Assembly (NCBI GenBank): GCA_043798385.1
Contig: JAZDOU010000036.1
Coordinates: 1-41,081, forward strand
Direction of reading: 5' to 3'
Length of the DNA stretch: 41,081 nucleotides
Source: Pseudomonadota bacterium
Lineage (GTDB): Bacteria; Desulfobacterota; RBG-13-43-22
The notes under the pieces were generated by a model. It saw nothing but the letters and a program-made list of their open reading frames with translations. It made no database searches and had not been told where the DNA came from. Shown here piece after piece: positions 21,900 through 30,452 of the stretch. Made by a program: the position numbers and the translations under genes. Numbering within the stretch: the stretch's first letter is position 1; the number at the start of each line of letters is the position of its first letter.

Positions 21900-22862
21900 G
21901 TGATAATAAAAAGAGGTTGTCTCTTTATTACCATAGTACTGCTGTTGTTGTTTCCCTGGCAGACGTTTGGGGCATCTTCACATAAGAATATTGCGAAAAA
22001 AAAGCCGCCCACCAAGATATCAAAGGTGGCCTCGAAAAAAAAGCCGTCCACTAAAATAGTAAAGGCGGCCTCCGGGAAAAAGCCACCCACCAAAATATCA
22101 AAAGCCGCCTCAAAAAAATCAACCCCAACCCAATTAAAGAAGGCCAACAAGAAATCCAAGAAATCCTTGGCGGCCAAAAAACGAAAAGCTCAACGGGTGG
22201 CTCAAGAAAGGCCGACAGCGCCCAAGAACGCCCCTCCATTAATCAAGATCACTCCCTTAGAAAACGGGAAATTCCTGTTGGAACCCATGGAGAGCTCTTC
22301 TAATTCGCTGGATAACGGGGCGGAATCTTTAAGTTTGCTAAAAAATCCGGTCTTTGAGGAAGAACCTAAAGAGGAAGATCTCAAAGACAAAGAGATCAAT
22401 AATAATCCCCTGGTTAACTTTCCTAATCTGCTGATCGAGATTTCCAAACAATTATTGGGAAAATCCTATCGTCTGGGCGGAAATGGTCAAGGGGAAGGGG
22501 GAATCGATTGCTCCGGCTTTGTGAAAAAGATTTATCAGTCTCTTACCCTTTCACTGCCGCATTCCAGCCGTGAACAGGCCAAGTTGGGGTCTTTGGTGAC
22601 CACCGAATGGGATCTAAACAAATTGAGAATCGGAGATTTATTATTTTTCAAACGAAAGCGAGGGGCTCAGATCGGACATACGGGAATGTATATCGGCGAA
22701 GGCAAGATGATCCATTCGGCCAGTAAAAAAGGGGTTATTATCTCCAACCTGAAGGCCTCTAATTATTATAATAAAAATTTTGTCATGGCCAAACGACTGT
22801 TTATTCTTGATGATCCCCAGGGGGATGAATCTAAAGAAATCAAAGAAGAGAAAGAACCCTGA
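21900..22862 (+). CDS. secreted NlpC/P60-family peptidoglycan endopeptidase with a Lys-rich repeat region
   Basis: GTG start and an N-terminal signal peptide. There are 3 x 13-aa KKKPPTKISKxAS repeats. The C-terminal domain carries the catalytic Cys (IDCSGFV) and His (GHTGMYIG). Confidence 0.85.
   Translation: MIIKRGCLFITIVLLLLFPWQTFGASSHKNIAKKKPPTKISKVASKKKPSTKIVKAASGKKPPTKISKAASKKSTPTQLKKANKKSKKSLAAKKRKAQRVAQERPTAPKNAPPLIKITPLENGKFLLEPMESSSNSLDNGAESLSLLKNPVFEEEPKEEDLKDKEINNNPLVNFPNLLIEISKQLLGKSYRLGGNGQGEGGIDCSGFVKKIYQSLTLSLPHSSREQAKLGSLVTTEWDLNKLRIGDLLFFKRKRGAQIGHTGMYIGEGKMIHSASKKGVIISNLKASNYYNKNFVMAKRLFILDDPQGDESKEIKEEKEP
21996..22112 (+). repeat. three tandem 39-nt coding repeats
   Basis: Units at 21996-22034, 22035-22073 and 22074-22112, followed by a degenerate fourth unit. 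Confidence 0.85.
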
Positions 22863-22891
22863 GCCCCATAGTAACCTTGTTGACGGAGGAA

Positions 22892-22927
22892 CAAAAAGGG
22901 CGGGGTTTAAACCCCGCCCTTTTTTTC
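22892..22927. terminator. bidirectional intrinsic terminator
   Basis: A5, then GGGCGGGGTTT/AAACCCCGCCC, then T8. It lies between the convergent NlpC/P60 and thiolase genes. Confidence 0.8.
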
Positions 22928-22944
22928 GGTCAATGAGTCTCCGC

Positions 22945-24147
22945 TTAATCCCTCTCAATAATCGTGGTCATGCCCATACCCCCACCCACACAGAGGGTCG
23001 CCAGACCAACGGACAGATTGCGGCGAATCATCTCATACATCAAAGTGATGATAAGCCGTACGCCGGTGGCCCCTACCGGATGGCCAAGACCAACACCGCT
23101 TCCATTGACATTGGTAATCTCCCGATTTAATCCCAGACCTTTTTCGCAGGCCAGATACTGGGCGGCAAAGGCCTCGTTTAGTTCGATAAGCTCAATATCC
23201 TTAAGGGTCATTCCGGCCCGCTTTAAACATTTTTCAGTAGAGGGAACCGGCCCATAGCCCATATATTTGGGATCCACACCGGCGACGGACTGGGCCACGA
23301 TTTTGGCCATAGGGTTAAGTCCCAGTTCCTGGGCACGAGCCCGGGAGGTTACGATAACGGCTGCCGCCCCGTCGTTGAGGCCGGAGGAGTTGCCGGCCGT
23401 AACGGTCCCTTCTTTGTTAAAGGCCGGGGCCAGGCGAACCAGATCTGCCATGGTCAAACCAAAACGGACATGTTCGTCGGTATCCACCAGACGAGGATCC
23501 CCTTTTTTTTGAGGAATGGCCACAGGAACGATCTCTTCTTTGAATTTTCCTGCTTTGATAGCGGCCTCGGCATTATTATGACTGCGCAAGGCGACGATAT
23601 CCTGCTCTTCTCTGGAAATAGTGTATTTTTGAGCCAGATTCTCAGCGGTTTGGCCCATGATATAGCCCTTTTTTTCCAAGAGGTTGCTGCCGGAGTGGAG
23701 CATCTCCCACATGGCATCCGTCATCTGACCGTGGGTCAAGCGGTGGCCCCAACGGGCGGTCATCAGGACGTAAGGGGCCGAACTCATGGATTCCACTCCG
23801 CCGGCCAGGACCATTTGGGAATCACCGGCCTTTATTTGCTGGACTCCAAAGGCCAGGGCCTGCATGGCGGAAGAACATTGTCGCTGGATGGTGACCGCCG
23901 GCACTTCGACCGGAATGCCGGCCTTTAAGGCCGCTGTCCGGGCCGTATTGGCCTCATCCGGACACTGACAACAGTCTCCTAAGATGACATCGTCCAATTG
24001 CTCTCCGGAAATATTGGCCCGTTTAAGGACTTCGGTGATAACGGTGGCAGCCAACTGATGGGCCCTTATGGACTTAAAGGCCTCGCCGAATTTGCCTATG
24101 GGGGTTCGGGCGGCGGCCACCATAACAATATCGTTTGGATTTTTCAC
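22945..24147 (-). CDS. acetyl-CoA C-acetyltransferase (thiolase II)
   Basis: 400-aa ORF. It has the active-site Cys (RQCSSAMQA) and the motifs NEAFAAQ, GLGHPVGATG and CVGGGMG. Confidence 0.95.
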   Translation of the reverse strand: MKNPNDIVMVAAARTPIGKFGEAFKSIRAHQLAATVITEVLKRANISGEQLDDVILGDCCQCPDEANTARTAALKAGIPVEVPAVTIQRQCSSAMQALAFGVQQIKAGDSQMVLAGGVESMSSAPYVLMTARWGHRLTHGQMTDAMWEMLHSGSNLLEKKGYIMGQTAENLAQKYTISREEQDIVALRSHNNAEAAIKAGKFKEEIVPVAIPQKKGDPRLVDTDEHVRFGLTMADLVRLAPAFNKEGTVTAGNSSGLNDGAAAVIVTSRARAQELGLNPMAKIVAQSVAGVDPKYMGYGPVPSTEKCLKRAGMTLKDIELIELNEAFAAQYLACEKGLGLNREITNVNGSGVGLGHPVGATGVRLIITLMYEMIRRNLSVGLATLCVGGGMGMTTIIERD

Positions 24148-24247
24148 GGTTTCTTTCCTCCTTTTATTCTCAGAAATGAATTATTCATAGAAATTAATTT
24201 TAATGGTAAACAGAAGACGATCCATAGTCAACTTTTTAGTTGGTTTC

Positions 24248-24292
24248 CCTCCGGAAACACCGGAGGTAAAACAATTGGTTTCCGGATGAAAA
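24248..24292. repeat. hairpin plus a TTTCCGGATG motif copy
   Basis: CCTCCGG AAACA CCGGAGG (24248-24266), then TTTCCGGATGAAAA (24279-24292). The second part matches the half-site of the 100-135 palindrome. Confidence 0.4.
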
Positions 24293-24300
24293 ATGATGGC

Positions 24301-24441
24301 TTCGTAAAAAGTCCACCTGCTTTGTTGCGCTGCATCCTTCGTCGTTGCGGCGTACCAGTAAGTACGCCTCACTCCTCAGGATTTGCGCTCCTCGCATCTG
24401 GAGCTTTTTACAAACCCATCCCTTTTTGGACTTTTTACGAA
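24301..24441. mobile_element. 141-bp MITE-like element with perfect 15-bp terminal inverted repeats
   Basis: TTCGTAAAAAGTCCA (24301-24315) and TGGACTTTTTACGAA (24427-24441). There is an internal hairpin GGCGTAC/GTACGCC and no coding capacity. Confidence 0.5.
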
Positions 24442-24538
24442 CTTGTCAAAAATAGTTAATGGTTGTATTTGTTGTCGACAATGTTTTAAAATGAAGCAGT
24501 TTAATAATTAAACCCACAATCATTTTCAGGAGGGCCCC

Positions 24539-25951
24539 ATGAATACCAAGTCCTTGGCATTACTTAAGGATTGTGCGCAAGTTGATCCGCTGGGCAAAAT
24601 AACTATTTTGGACCAAAAGAAGCTTCGAGGAGAGATCATCGATCAATTGGTTCATCGGTCGGTATTTGGAGAAGGAGATCAAAAGGCCCAGGCCTACTGG
24701 TTGATATGGGAATTGGGGCAGGCGATGGGAATTTATCCGGCCTCTATCCATGAGTTTTATATGGCCGTGGGGCGAGGAGAGATTCCCCGGCGGTTTACGG
24801 TTCCGGCCATTAATCTTCGGGCCATGACTTTTGACTGTGCCCGGGCTGCTTTTAAGGCCGCGGTTCAAAGGCGTGTCGGGGCCTTGATATTCGAGATTGC
24901 CCGGTCGGAGATCAGCTATACGGCCCAAAGGCCGAGGGAATATTTTTCTTCCATCATGGCCGCGGCCATAAAAGAGGGTTTTCAGGGGCCATTATTTTTT
25001 CAAGGCGATCATTTCCAGGTCAGCGGAAAAAAATTTAAAGATAAACCGGAGGAAGAATTAAAGGCTATTGAGCAAATCATCCAGGAGGCCGTCCAGGCCG
25101 GTTTTTACAATATTGACATAGATACTTCTACCCTGGTCGATCTCAGTCAGGCCACGGTTCTTGAACAACAGAGGACCAACTATGAATTGTGTGCCCGCTT
25201 TACGGCCTTTATTCGAAAACATCAGCCCCGGGGAATCACCATTTCCGTAGGAGGAGAAATCGGAGAAGTGGGCGGGAGAAACAGTGACGAGACCGAACTC
25301 CGGGCCTTTATGGATGGCTTCATCCAGGCCTTGCCGGCCGATCTGCCCGGTCTTTCCAAAATCAGCATTCAAACCGGGACGAGTCACGGCGGTGTGGTTT
25401 TAGCGGACGGCACTCTGGCCCGGGTAGCCATTGATTTTAAGGTTTTAAAAGACCTTTCCTTTGTCAGCCGGACCCGTTACGGCCTGGGCGGAACCGTGCA
25501 GCATGGGGCCTCAACCCTGCCGGATGAGGCCTTTAATCAATTTGTGACCCATGATGCGGTTGAGGTCCACCTGGCCACGGGTTTTCAAAATATTATTTAT
25601 GACCACGAAAAATTTCCCCAGGGACTAAAAGAAACTATTTATGAATATCTTAAATCTAAACACGCTGACGAATGGAAACCAGGCAAGACCGAGGAACAGT
25701 TTTATTACAGTACCCGGAAAAAAGGGTTGGGACCGTTTAAGGTCGAAATGTGGGGATTACCGGAAGAGATTCGGGTGGCAATTCGGAAGACCCTGGAAGA
25801 TAAATTTGGATTTCTGTTTGATCAACTTCGGGTGGGTGATACCCAGGAGCTGGTCCGAAAATTTGTTTCTCCAGTAAAAGTCGAAAAACAACCGGCCGAT
25901 TTTGGGTTAGACAAGGTCAAGAAGGAAGACGTCTCCGATCTTTCGGATTAA
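24539..25951 (+). CDS. fba: class II (metal-dependent) fructose/ketose-bisphosphate aldolase family protein, long form
   Basis: 470-aa ORF with an AGGAGGG RBS. Zn-ligand-like motifs occur in the canonical order: QGDH, GTSHGG and VQHGAS. Confidence 0.7.
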   Translation: MNTKSLALLKDCAQVDPLGKITILDQKKLRGEIIDQLVHRSVFGEGDQKAQAYWLIWELGQAMGIYPASIHEFYMAVGRGEIPRRFTVPAINLRAMTFDCARAAFKAAVQRRVGALIFEIARSEISYTAQRPREYFSSIMAAAIKEGFQGPLFFQGDHFQVSGKKFKDKPEEELKAIEQIIQEAVQAGFYNIDIDTSTLVDLSQATVLEQQRTNYELCARFTAFIRKHQPRGITISVGGEIGEVGGRNSDETELRAFMDGFIQALPADLPGLSKISIQTGTSHGGVVLADGTLARVAIDFKVLKDLSFVSRTRYGLGGTVQHGASTLPDEAFNQFVTHDAVEVHLATGFQNIIYDHEKFPQGLKETIYEYLKSKHADEWKPGKTEEQFYYSTRKKGLGPFKVEMWGLPEEIRVAIRKTLEDKFGFLFDQLRVGDTQELVRKFVSPVKVEKQPADFGLDKVKKEDVSDLSD

Positions 25952-26148
25952 GGGGATGATCCACGTACCCCCTTGTTCACCCTCAGGACCTTCAGCCGGC
26001 AGGGCATATTCTTGGCCACAACCCTTTTTTTTCGCTGACAATAGAGGGCAATAAAGGTCCGGCAACTGCCAGATCCATCAAGCCCCTCTTCTTTGGGTTG
26101 CTGAGCATATTTGCAATGCCAATCACAAAAAAGATCCAGTTCCTTCAT
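25948..26148 (-). CDS. small cysteine-rich hypothetical protein (66 aa)
   Basis: AAGGAAA RBS 5 nt before the ATG. The pattern is C-x3-C ... C-x7-C ... C. It overlaps the aldolase stop by 4 nt in convergent orientation. Confidence 0.4.
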   Translation of the reverse strand: MKELDLFCDWHCKYAQQPKEEGLDGSGSCRTFIALYCQRKKRVVAKNMPCRLKVLRVNKGVRGSSP

Positions 26149-26364
26149 GGTCGTTTCCTTACAAGGATTTTTTTACTCTTCCCAGGAGGAGATTCTTATC
26201 ATATTCAAACACCACCGGAAAACCAACCAAAAAAAGATGCCCAATCCGTCACCGGCTGGTTCTGAAAGAAGCCGGTTTGTGGGGTATTGTCCACCCCAAT
26301 AGAACTTGCTTTTCGATGAAAAGAAGTTTACATATAGGCATAAATAGGTTTAGGAAAAGCCTGT

Positions 26365-26456
26365 GGAGAGCAGAAACTGACCGTTAGCGAGGCACCCCCG
26401 ACGGAATTCACCAGGGGTTAGACGGCTAACACCGCCCCAGGAACCAAACCTGCTCC
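26365..26456. ncRNA. candidate structured RNA element of unassigned family and uncertain strand
   Basis: Nested helices: GGAG(AG)CAG/CTGCTCC, GTTAGC/GCTAAC and ACCCC/GGGGT. Further hairpins lie at 26253-26277, 26281-26299 and 26303-26328. Confidence 0.25.
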
Positions 26457-26510
26457 TGAAACCAGACATAAAAAGTTTTTTAGTGCTGCCCTGCTATCGA
26501 GAGGGTAAGT

Positions 26511-27293
26511 TTGTCCCAAAAACCAGTGGAGATGAAATCAAACCCCTTTAGGCCTTTTCTTTTTTTTTCTTCCAAGGTTCACACCTTACCCCATTTTTTT
26601 TTAATTGGTATCCTTTTGGTTTCTTTTTTTGTATCTTCCACTTTAGTCAGGGCCGAGTTCGAGACACCGGGAACGCCAAAACCAAATAATGCCTTAAGTC
26701 TCCAGGTGCATTTTCAATACGGGTTGCCGGTTCAATATGTATCCGAATTATTGTATTCGAATTTTGAGATAGCCGGTTTGGGAGTAGCCCTCGAAAAGGA
26801 ATGCGGCCTGTGGCCCTTTTGGGGCAACCGGAAGCTGGTAGAGGCCCTGCTCCTGGAGGTTCGTTTTTCAAAGATATGGGGGAAAAACGTTGAACTTAGC
26901 CGAGACCAGGTTTCGAATGAAATCTGGTCTCGGGTCCAAAAAGAAGGCCACCGTCCCAGAACCGACTGGGACCATTATCAGATCGGACTGATCCCTTATT
27001 ACCGTCTCTATTATCCCCTTGCCAAGCAGGTTCGGGTCTATGCAGAAGCCGGGCTTGGGTTTACCTTTCTTAACGAACCATTAATAGAAGAGGGGACACG
27101 ATGGAATTTTTTGTTAACAGGGGGCTTGGGTCTGGATTGGAAAATCAAGGCCTTTCCTTTTTATACATTTATAAGGTCCGAGCATTTTAGTAATGGAGGC
27201 AAGCTCTGGGGAGAAGGGTTTACTCATAATCGGGTAATTGGACCGGAAACGCTGGTCTTCGGGATCGGGATCCGCTATCCTTTGGATTGGTGA
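26511..27293 (+). CDS. outer-membrane beta-barrel protein, PagL-like lipid A deacylase (acyloxyacyl hydrolase) family
   Basis: TTG start with GAGAGGG 5 nt upstream, and an alternative ATG at 26532. It has a hydrophobic signal region and a C-terminal H-x-S-N-G motif (EHFSNGG) typical of PagL. Confidence 0.6.
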   Translation: MSQKPVEMKSNPFRPFLFFSSKVHTLPHFFLIGILLVSFFVSSTLVRAEFETPGTPKPNNALSLQVHFQYGLPVQYVSELLYSNFEIAGLGVALEKECGLWPFWGNRKLVEALLLEVRFSKIWGKNVELSRDQVSNEIWSRVQKEGHRPRTDWDHYQIGLIPYYRLYYPLAKQVRVYAEAGLGFTFLNEPLIEEGTRWNFLLTGGLGLDWKIKAFPFYTFIRSEHFSNGGKLWGEGFTHNRVIGPETLVFGIGIRYPLDW

Positions 27294-27376
27294 TGGCCCG
27301 GAAGCCCTTTTTTATTTATACCAGCCAGAGAGGATTTTTTTAACCAACCCAACCCTTTTTTAATGGAGGATGTTTT

Positions 27377-27805
27377 ATGATAGCTAAGACGATCGAACAG
27401 CTCAAAGTCGGAGACAGGGCCGAATTCGGAAAAACGGTCTCGGAGAGTGATATTTATCAATATGCCGGCATCACCGGGGATTTTAACCCGGCCCACGTCA
27501 ATGAGGTTTATGCCCGGAAGACATTTTTTAAGACCCGCATTGCCCACGGAATGCTGACGGCCGGATTTATCTCCGCCGTTATTGCCAATCAGTTGCCCGG
27601 CCCCGGAACGATTTATATCAAGCAGGACCTTGTTTTTTTAGCTCCGGTTCGTATGGGAGATACCATAACCGCAAAAGTCGAAGTCATCGAAGTCCTGGCC
27701 GAGAAAAACCGACTTCGGCTCAGAACCGTTTGCAGCAATCAGGAGGGGACCAAGGTCTTAGACGGCGAAGCGCTGGTCAGCCCTCCTAAAACCCCTCAGG
27801 CCTGA
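27377..27805 (+). CDS. MaoC-family (R)-specific enoyl-CoA hydratase or dehydratase (hot-dog fold)
   Basis: 142-aa ORF with a GGAGGA RBS and the hydratase motif GDFNPAHV. Confidence 0.9.
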   Translation: MIAKTIEQLKVGDRAEFGKTVSESDIYQYAGITGDFNPAHVNEVYARKTFFKTRIAHGMLTAGFISAVIANQLPGPGTIYIKQDLVFLAPVRMGDTITAKVEVIEVLAEKNRLRLRTVCSNQEGTKVLDGEALVSPPKTPQA

Positions 27806-27846
27806 TGGCCCTGGGGCAAGTAAATTTACTTCAAAGAGGACCAATC

Positions 27847-28707
27847 ATGAAGCTTACTCAAACACAGTATCAAGTCAAAGAGGGTATCGCAACCCTTACG
27901 CTCGACCGTCCGGAGAAGATGAATGCCTTTACGCCTATTATGAGTCGGGAGGTGATTGATATTCTTAGCAAGGCGGATCAAGACGATGCCGTTCGAGTGG
28001 TCGTGGTGACCGGGGCCGGCAAGGTCTTTTGTGCCGGGGCCGATTTATCCTCCGGGGGTCAGACGTTTGATCGGGTGGTTCGAGAGGGCCAACCAATATC
28101 CATAAGCCGACATCGGGATCGTGGGGGGTTGGTGGCCTTGGCCGTTTACAACTGCCGAAAGCCGGTGATCGGGGCCATTAATGGGGCGGCTGTCGGGGTT
28201 GGGATCACCATGACCCTGCCCATGGACATACGGATCGCCGCCGAAGAGGCCAAGATCGGCTTTGTCTTTTGCCGTCGCGGGGTGGTTCCCGAGGCCTGTT
28301 CTTCCTGGTTCCTGCCGCGAATCGTGGGGATCTCCAAGGCCGCTGAGCTGATATACAGCGGTCGGGTTTTCCCGGCCGTCGCGGAGGCCAATTCCGGGTT
28401 GTTCAATTACGTGCTTCCAAAACAGGAGGTGCTTCCCAAGGCCATGGCGTTGGCTAAGGAAATCGTGGAAAACAGCGCTCCCGTTTCCGTGACCCTCAGT
28501 AAAGCCATGCTCTGGCACGGTTTAGGTGAACCCGACCCCCAATCGGCCCATCTCATCGACTCGCGTTGTTTCTTCTGGGCCGGGCGACAAAAAGATGCCT
28601 ATGAAGGAGTCCAGAGTTTTTTAGAGAAACGGCCTCCCCGATTCTCCCTGAGGGTCTCCTCTGATCTGCCTGATTTCTACCCCTGGTGGAAAGAGCCAAA
28701 AGTGTAA
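27847..28707 (+). CDS. enoyl-CoA hydratase/isomerase (crotonase) family protein
   Basis: Motifs LDRPEKMNAF and FCAGADL. I prefer the ATG at 27847, which has an AGAGGA RBS. The track ORF starts at 27805 and has no SD. Confidence 0.9.
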   Translation: MKLTQTQYQVKEGIATLTLDRPEKMNAFTPIMSREVIDILSKADQDDAVRVVVVTGAGKVFCAGADLSSGGQTFDRVVREGQPISISRHRDRGGLVALAVYNCRKPVIGAINGAAVGVGITMTLPMDIRIAAEEAKIGFVFCRRGVVPEACSSWFLPRIVGISKAAELIYSGRVFPAVAEANSGLFNYVLPKQEVLPKAMALAKEIVENSAPVSVTLSKAMLWHGLGEPDPQSAHLIDSRCFFWAGRQKDAYEGVQSFLEKRPPRFSLRVSSDLPDFYPWWKEPKV

Positions 28708-28838
28708 CTCTCAGGCCTATCAGGGGCTCGGAGGATTTTGTTTTTATCTTGTTGTCAGGGATCGAGGGAGACTTCTTTGGGTGGTTGTCCAAAAGGGTCT
28801 CTCCCGCCCTATTAAATAATAAAGGAAGGATGTCAGAA

Positions 28839-30452
28839 ATGTCCGCTTTACGACCTTTTGATGTAATCATCATCGGGGCCGGTCTGGCCGGGATGATAGC
28901 CGCCTATGCTGCTCGGGACGAAGGGGCGGAGGTGTTATTGATTGATAGGGGAGCGGTGGGAATTGGAACCAATTCCGCTCTGGCAAACGGTTTTTTTGCC
29001 TCTCCTACCGTCGATTACAGTCCGGAAGCCTTTATCAAGGATACTATCCAGGTAGGCAGGCGGATCAACCATGGGGTCTATGTCAGACAGATCGCCCAAG
29101 AGGCCTCCCAGACCATGGCTTTTTTACAAGGCCTGGGCCTTGGCCTGAAGGAATCGAAGGATCATTTCTTGGTCCGCACTCCTGGTCCTGATACCATCCC
29201 GGGAATGATCCTGGTAAAGACCCTGGCCGAAAAAATAATCGGCCTGAAAGGGGTCACCATCCAAAGAAATTTTTATGTAACGGAACTCTTGCGAGAGGAA
29301 CAGATAATCGGGGTCAAAGGATTTGACGAGACGGGCCGAGAGATGGTCCTTAGTGCCCCGGCGGTCATATTGGCTACCGGCGGGGCCGGGGCGATTTATC
29401 TCCGCAACGATAACCAGAAAAGTATTATGGGCCAAGGATACGCCTTGGCTGCCAGGGCAGGCCTAACCTTATGGGACATGGAATTCGTCCAGTTTTATCC
29501 TTTGATATTGAATGAACCTCGCCTGCCCTCCATGCTCATCTATCCACCTTACCCCGATGAATTAAGGTTGATCAATTCTTCGGGGGAGGATTTATTAAAA
29601 ATGTGGCAAATGGGGCTTCTGAATAAGGCGACGTTGACCAATCGGGATCTACTTTCCGTCCGGCTCTATGAGGAAGATCAAAAAGGTCCGGTTTATTTGG
29701 ATTGTCGACAGGTCCCGGAAGAGGCTTGGGACCAGCTTCGTTTGTCACTATTTAAAAAAATCCGGACGGATGTTGAAAAAAGATGCCTGGCCATTTCACC
29801 GGCAGCCCATTTTTTTATGGGGGGAGTCCGGACAGACGCCCGAGGTCAGACGCCCCTACCGGGGTTATTCGCCTGCGGCGAGATTACTTGGGGGCTCCAT
29901 GGGGCTAACCGGAAGGGAGGAAACGCCCTGACCGAATGTGCCGTCATGGGCAAAATAGCCGGGAGACAGGCAGCCCTTTATGCCCGGACCCATCCCCTCG
30001 TGGCGGCCTCTAAACAAAAGGAATCCCTCGGATGGACACCAGGGAGAGAGCCGGCCTTTAGTCGACTTCGAGACCTGCGCCAAACGATGCGGGAAACGGC
30101 CTGGAATTTTGCCGGTATCCTCCGGACGGAAAGCGGTCTTCTGCAGGGGTTGGCAGCTATTCAAGGGCTCGGGACCCAGATAGAAGGCGTCTTGCCCCAA
30201 TCGGTTGAAGAAAGAAGGCTGAAAGAGGATCTGCTTTCCGGGGCCCTGGTGATCCAGGCCATCCTGACAGCCGGCCTGGCCCGACAAGAAAGTCGAGGCA
30301 GCTTTATCCGCCTCGACTTTCCTAAGGAAGATGATCAGAACTGGTTGAAGAATTCCTGTCTAAGTTACGAACAAGAAAATGCTTATTTTTCGGTGAGTTA
30401 CGAATCCGTAGAGCCCCAGGATGGTCAACTCAAGGTATCCGCCTCGGTTTGA
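28839..30452 (+). CDS. FAD-binding oxidoreductase of the FrdA/SdhA/NadB flavoprotein family, orphan with no Fe-S partner gene
   Basis: Motifs DVIIIGAGLAG, ATGGAG, HFFMGGV, GLFACGE and GLHGANRKGGNAL. I prefer the ATG at 28839 (AAGGAAGG 9 nt upstream), with 28830 as an alternative. The track ORF from 28686 overlaps the previous gene. Confidence 0.85.
   Translation: MSALRPFDVIIIGAGLAGMIAAYAARDEGAEVLLIDRGAVGIGTNSALANGFFASPTVDYSPEAFIKDTIQVGRRINHGVYVRQIAQEASQTMAFLQGLGLGLKESKDHFLVRTPGPDTIPGMILVKTLAEKIIGLKGVTIQRNFYVTELLREEQIIGVKGFDETGREMVLSAPAVILATGGAGAIYLRNDNQKSIMGQGYALAARAGLTLWDMEFVQFYPLILNEPRLPSMLIYPPYPDELRLINSSGEDLLKMWQMGLLNKATLTNRDLLSVRLYEEDQKGPVYLDCRQVPEEAWDQLRLSLFKKIRTDVEKRCLAISPAAHFFMGGVRTDARGQTPLPGLFACGEITWGLHGANRKGGNALTECAVMGKIAGRQAALYARTHPLVAASKQKESLGWTPGREPAFSRLRDLRQTMRETAWNFAGILRTESGLLQGLAAIQGLGTQIEGVLPQSVEERRLKEDLLSGALVIQAILTAGLARQESRGSFIRLDFPKEDDQNWLKNSCLSYEQENAYFSVSYESVEPQDGQLKVSASV

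Noticed and set aside
23998-24459. ORFs 23998-24459 (+) and 24181-24372 (-) in the thiolase upstream region.
   Set aside because: They overlap the thiolase 5' end or run through the MITE-like element and hairpins. They have no RBS and no recognisable domain.
26111-26302. A 63-aa plus-strand ORF overlapping the start of the Cys-rich gene.
   Set aside because: It has no RBS, a low-complexity sequence, and overlaps a better-supported minus-strand start region.
26365-26456. A glycine riboswitch (+ strand: GGAGAG...CACCG...CAGG) or a cobalamin riboswitch (- strand: GGUGAAUUCCG...CUCGCUAACGGU).
   Set aside because: Only fragments resemble the consensus. The second glycine hairpin and its CUCAGGCAAAAGGAC element are absent, as are the cobalamin GGGAA and B12-box elements. 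I kept it as an unassigned structured candidate.
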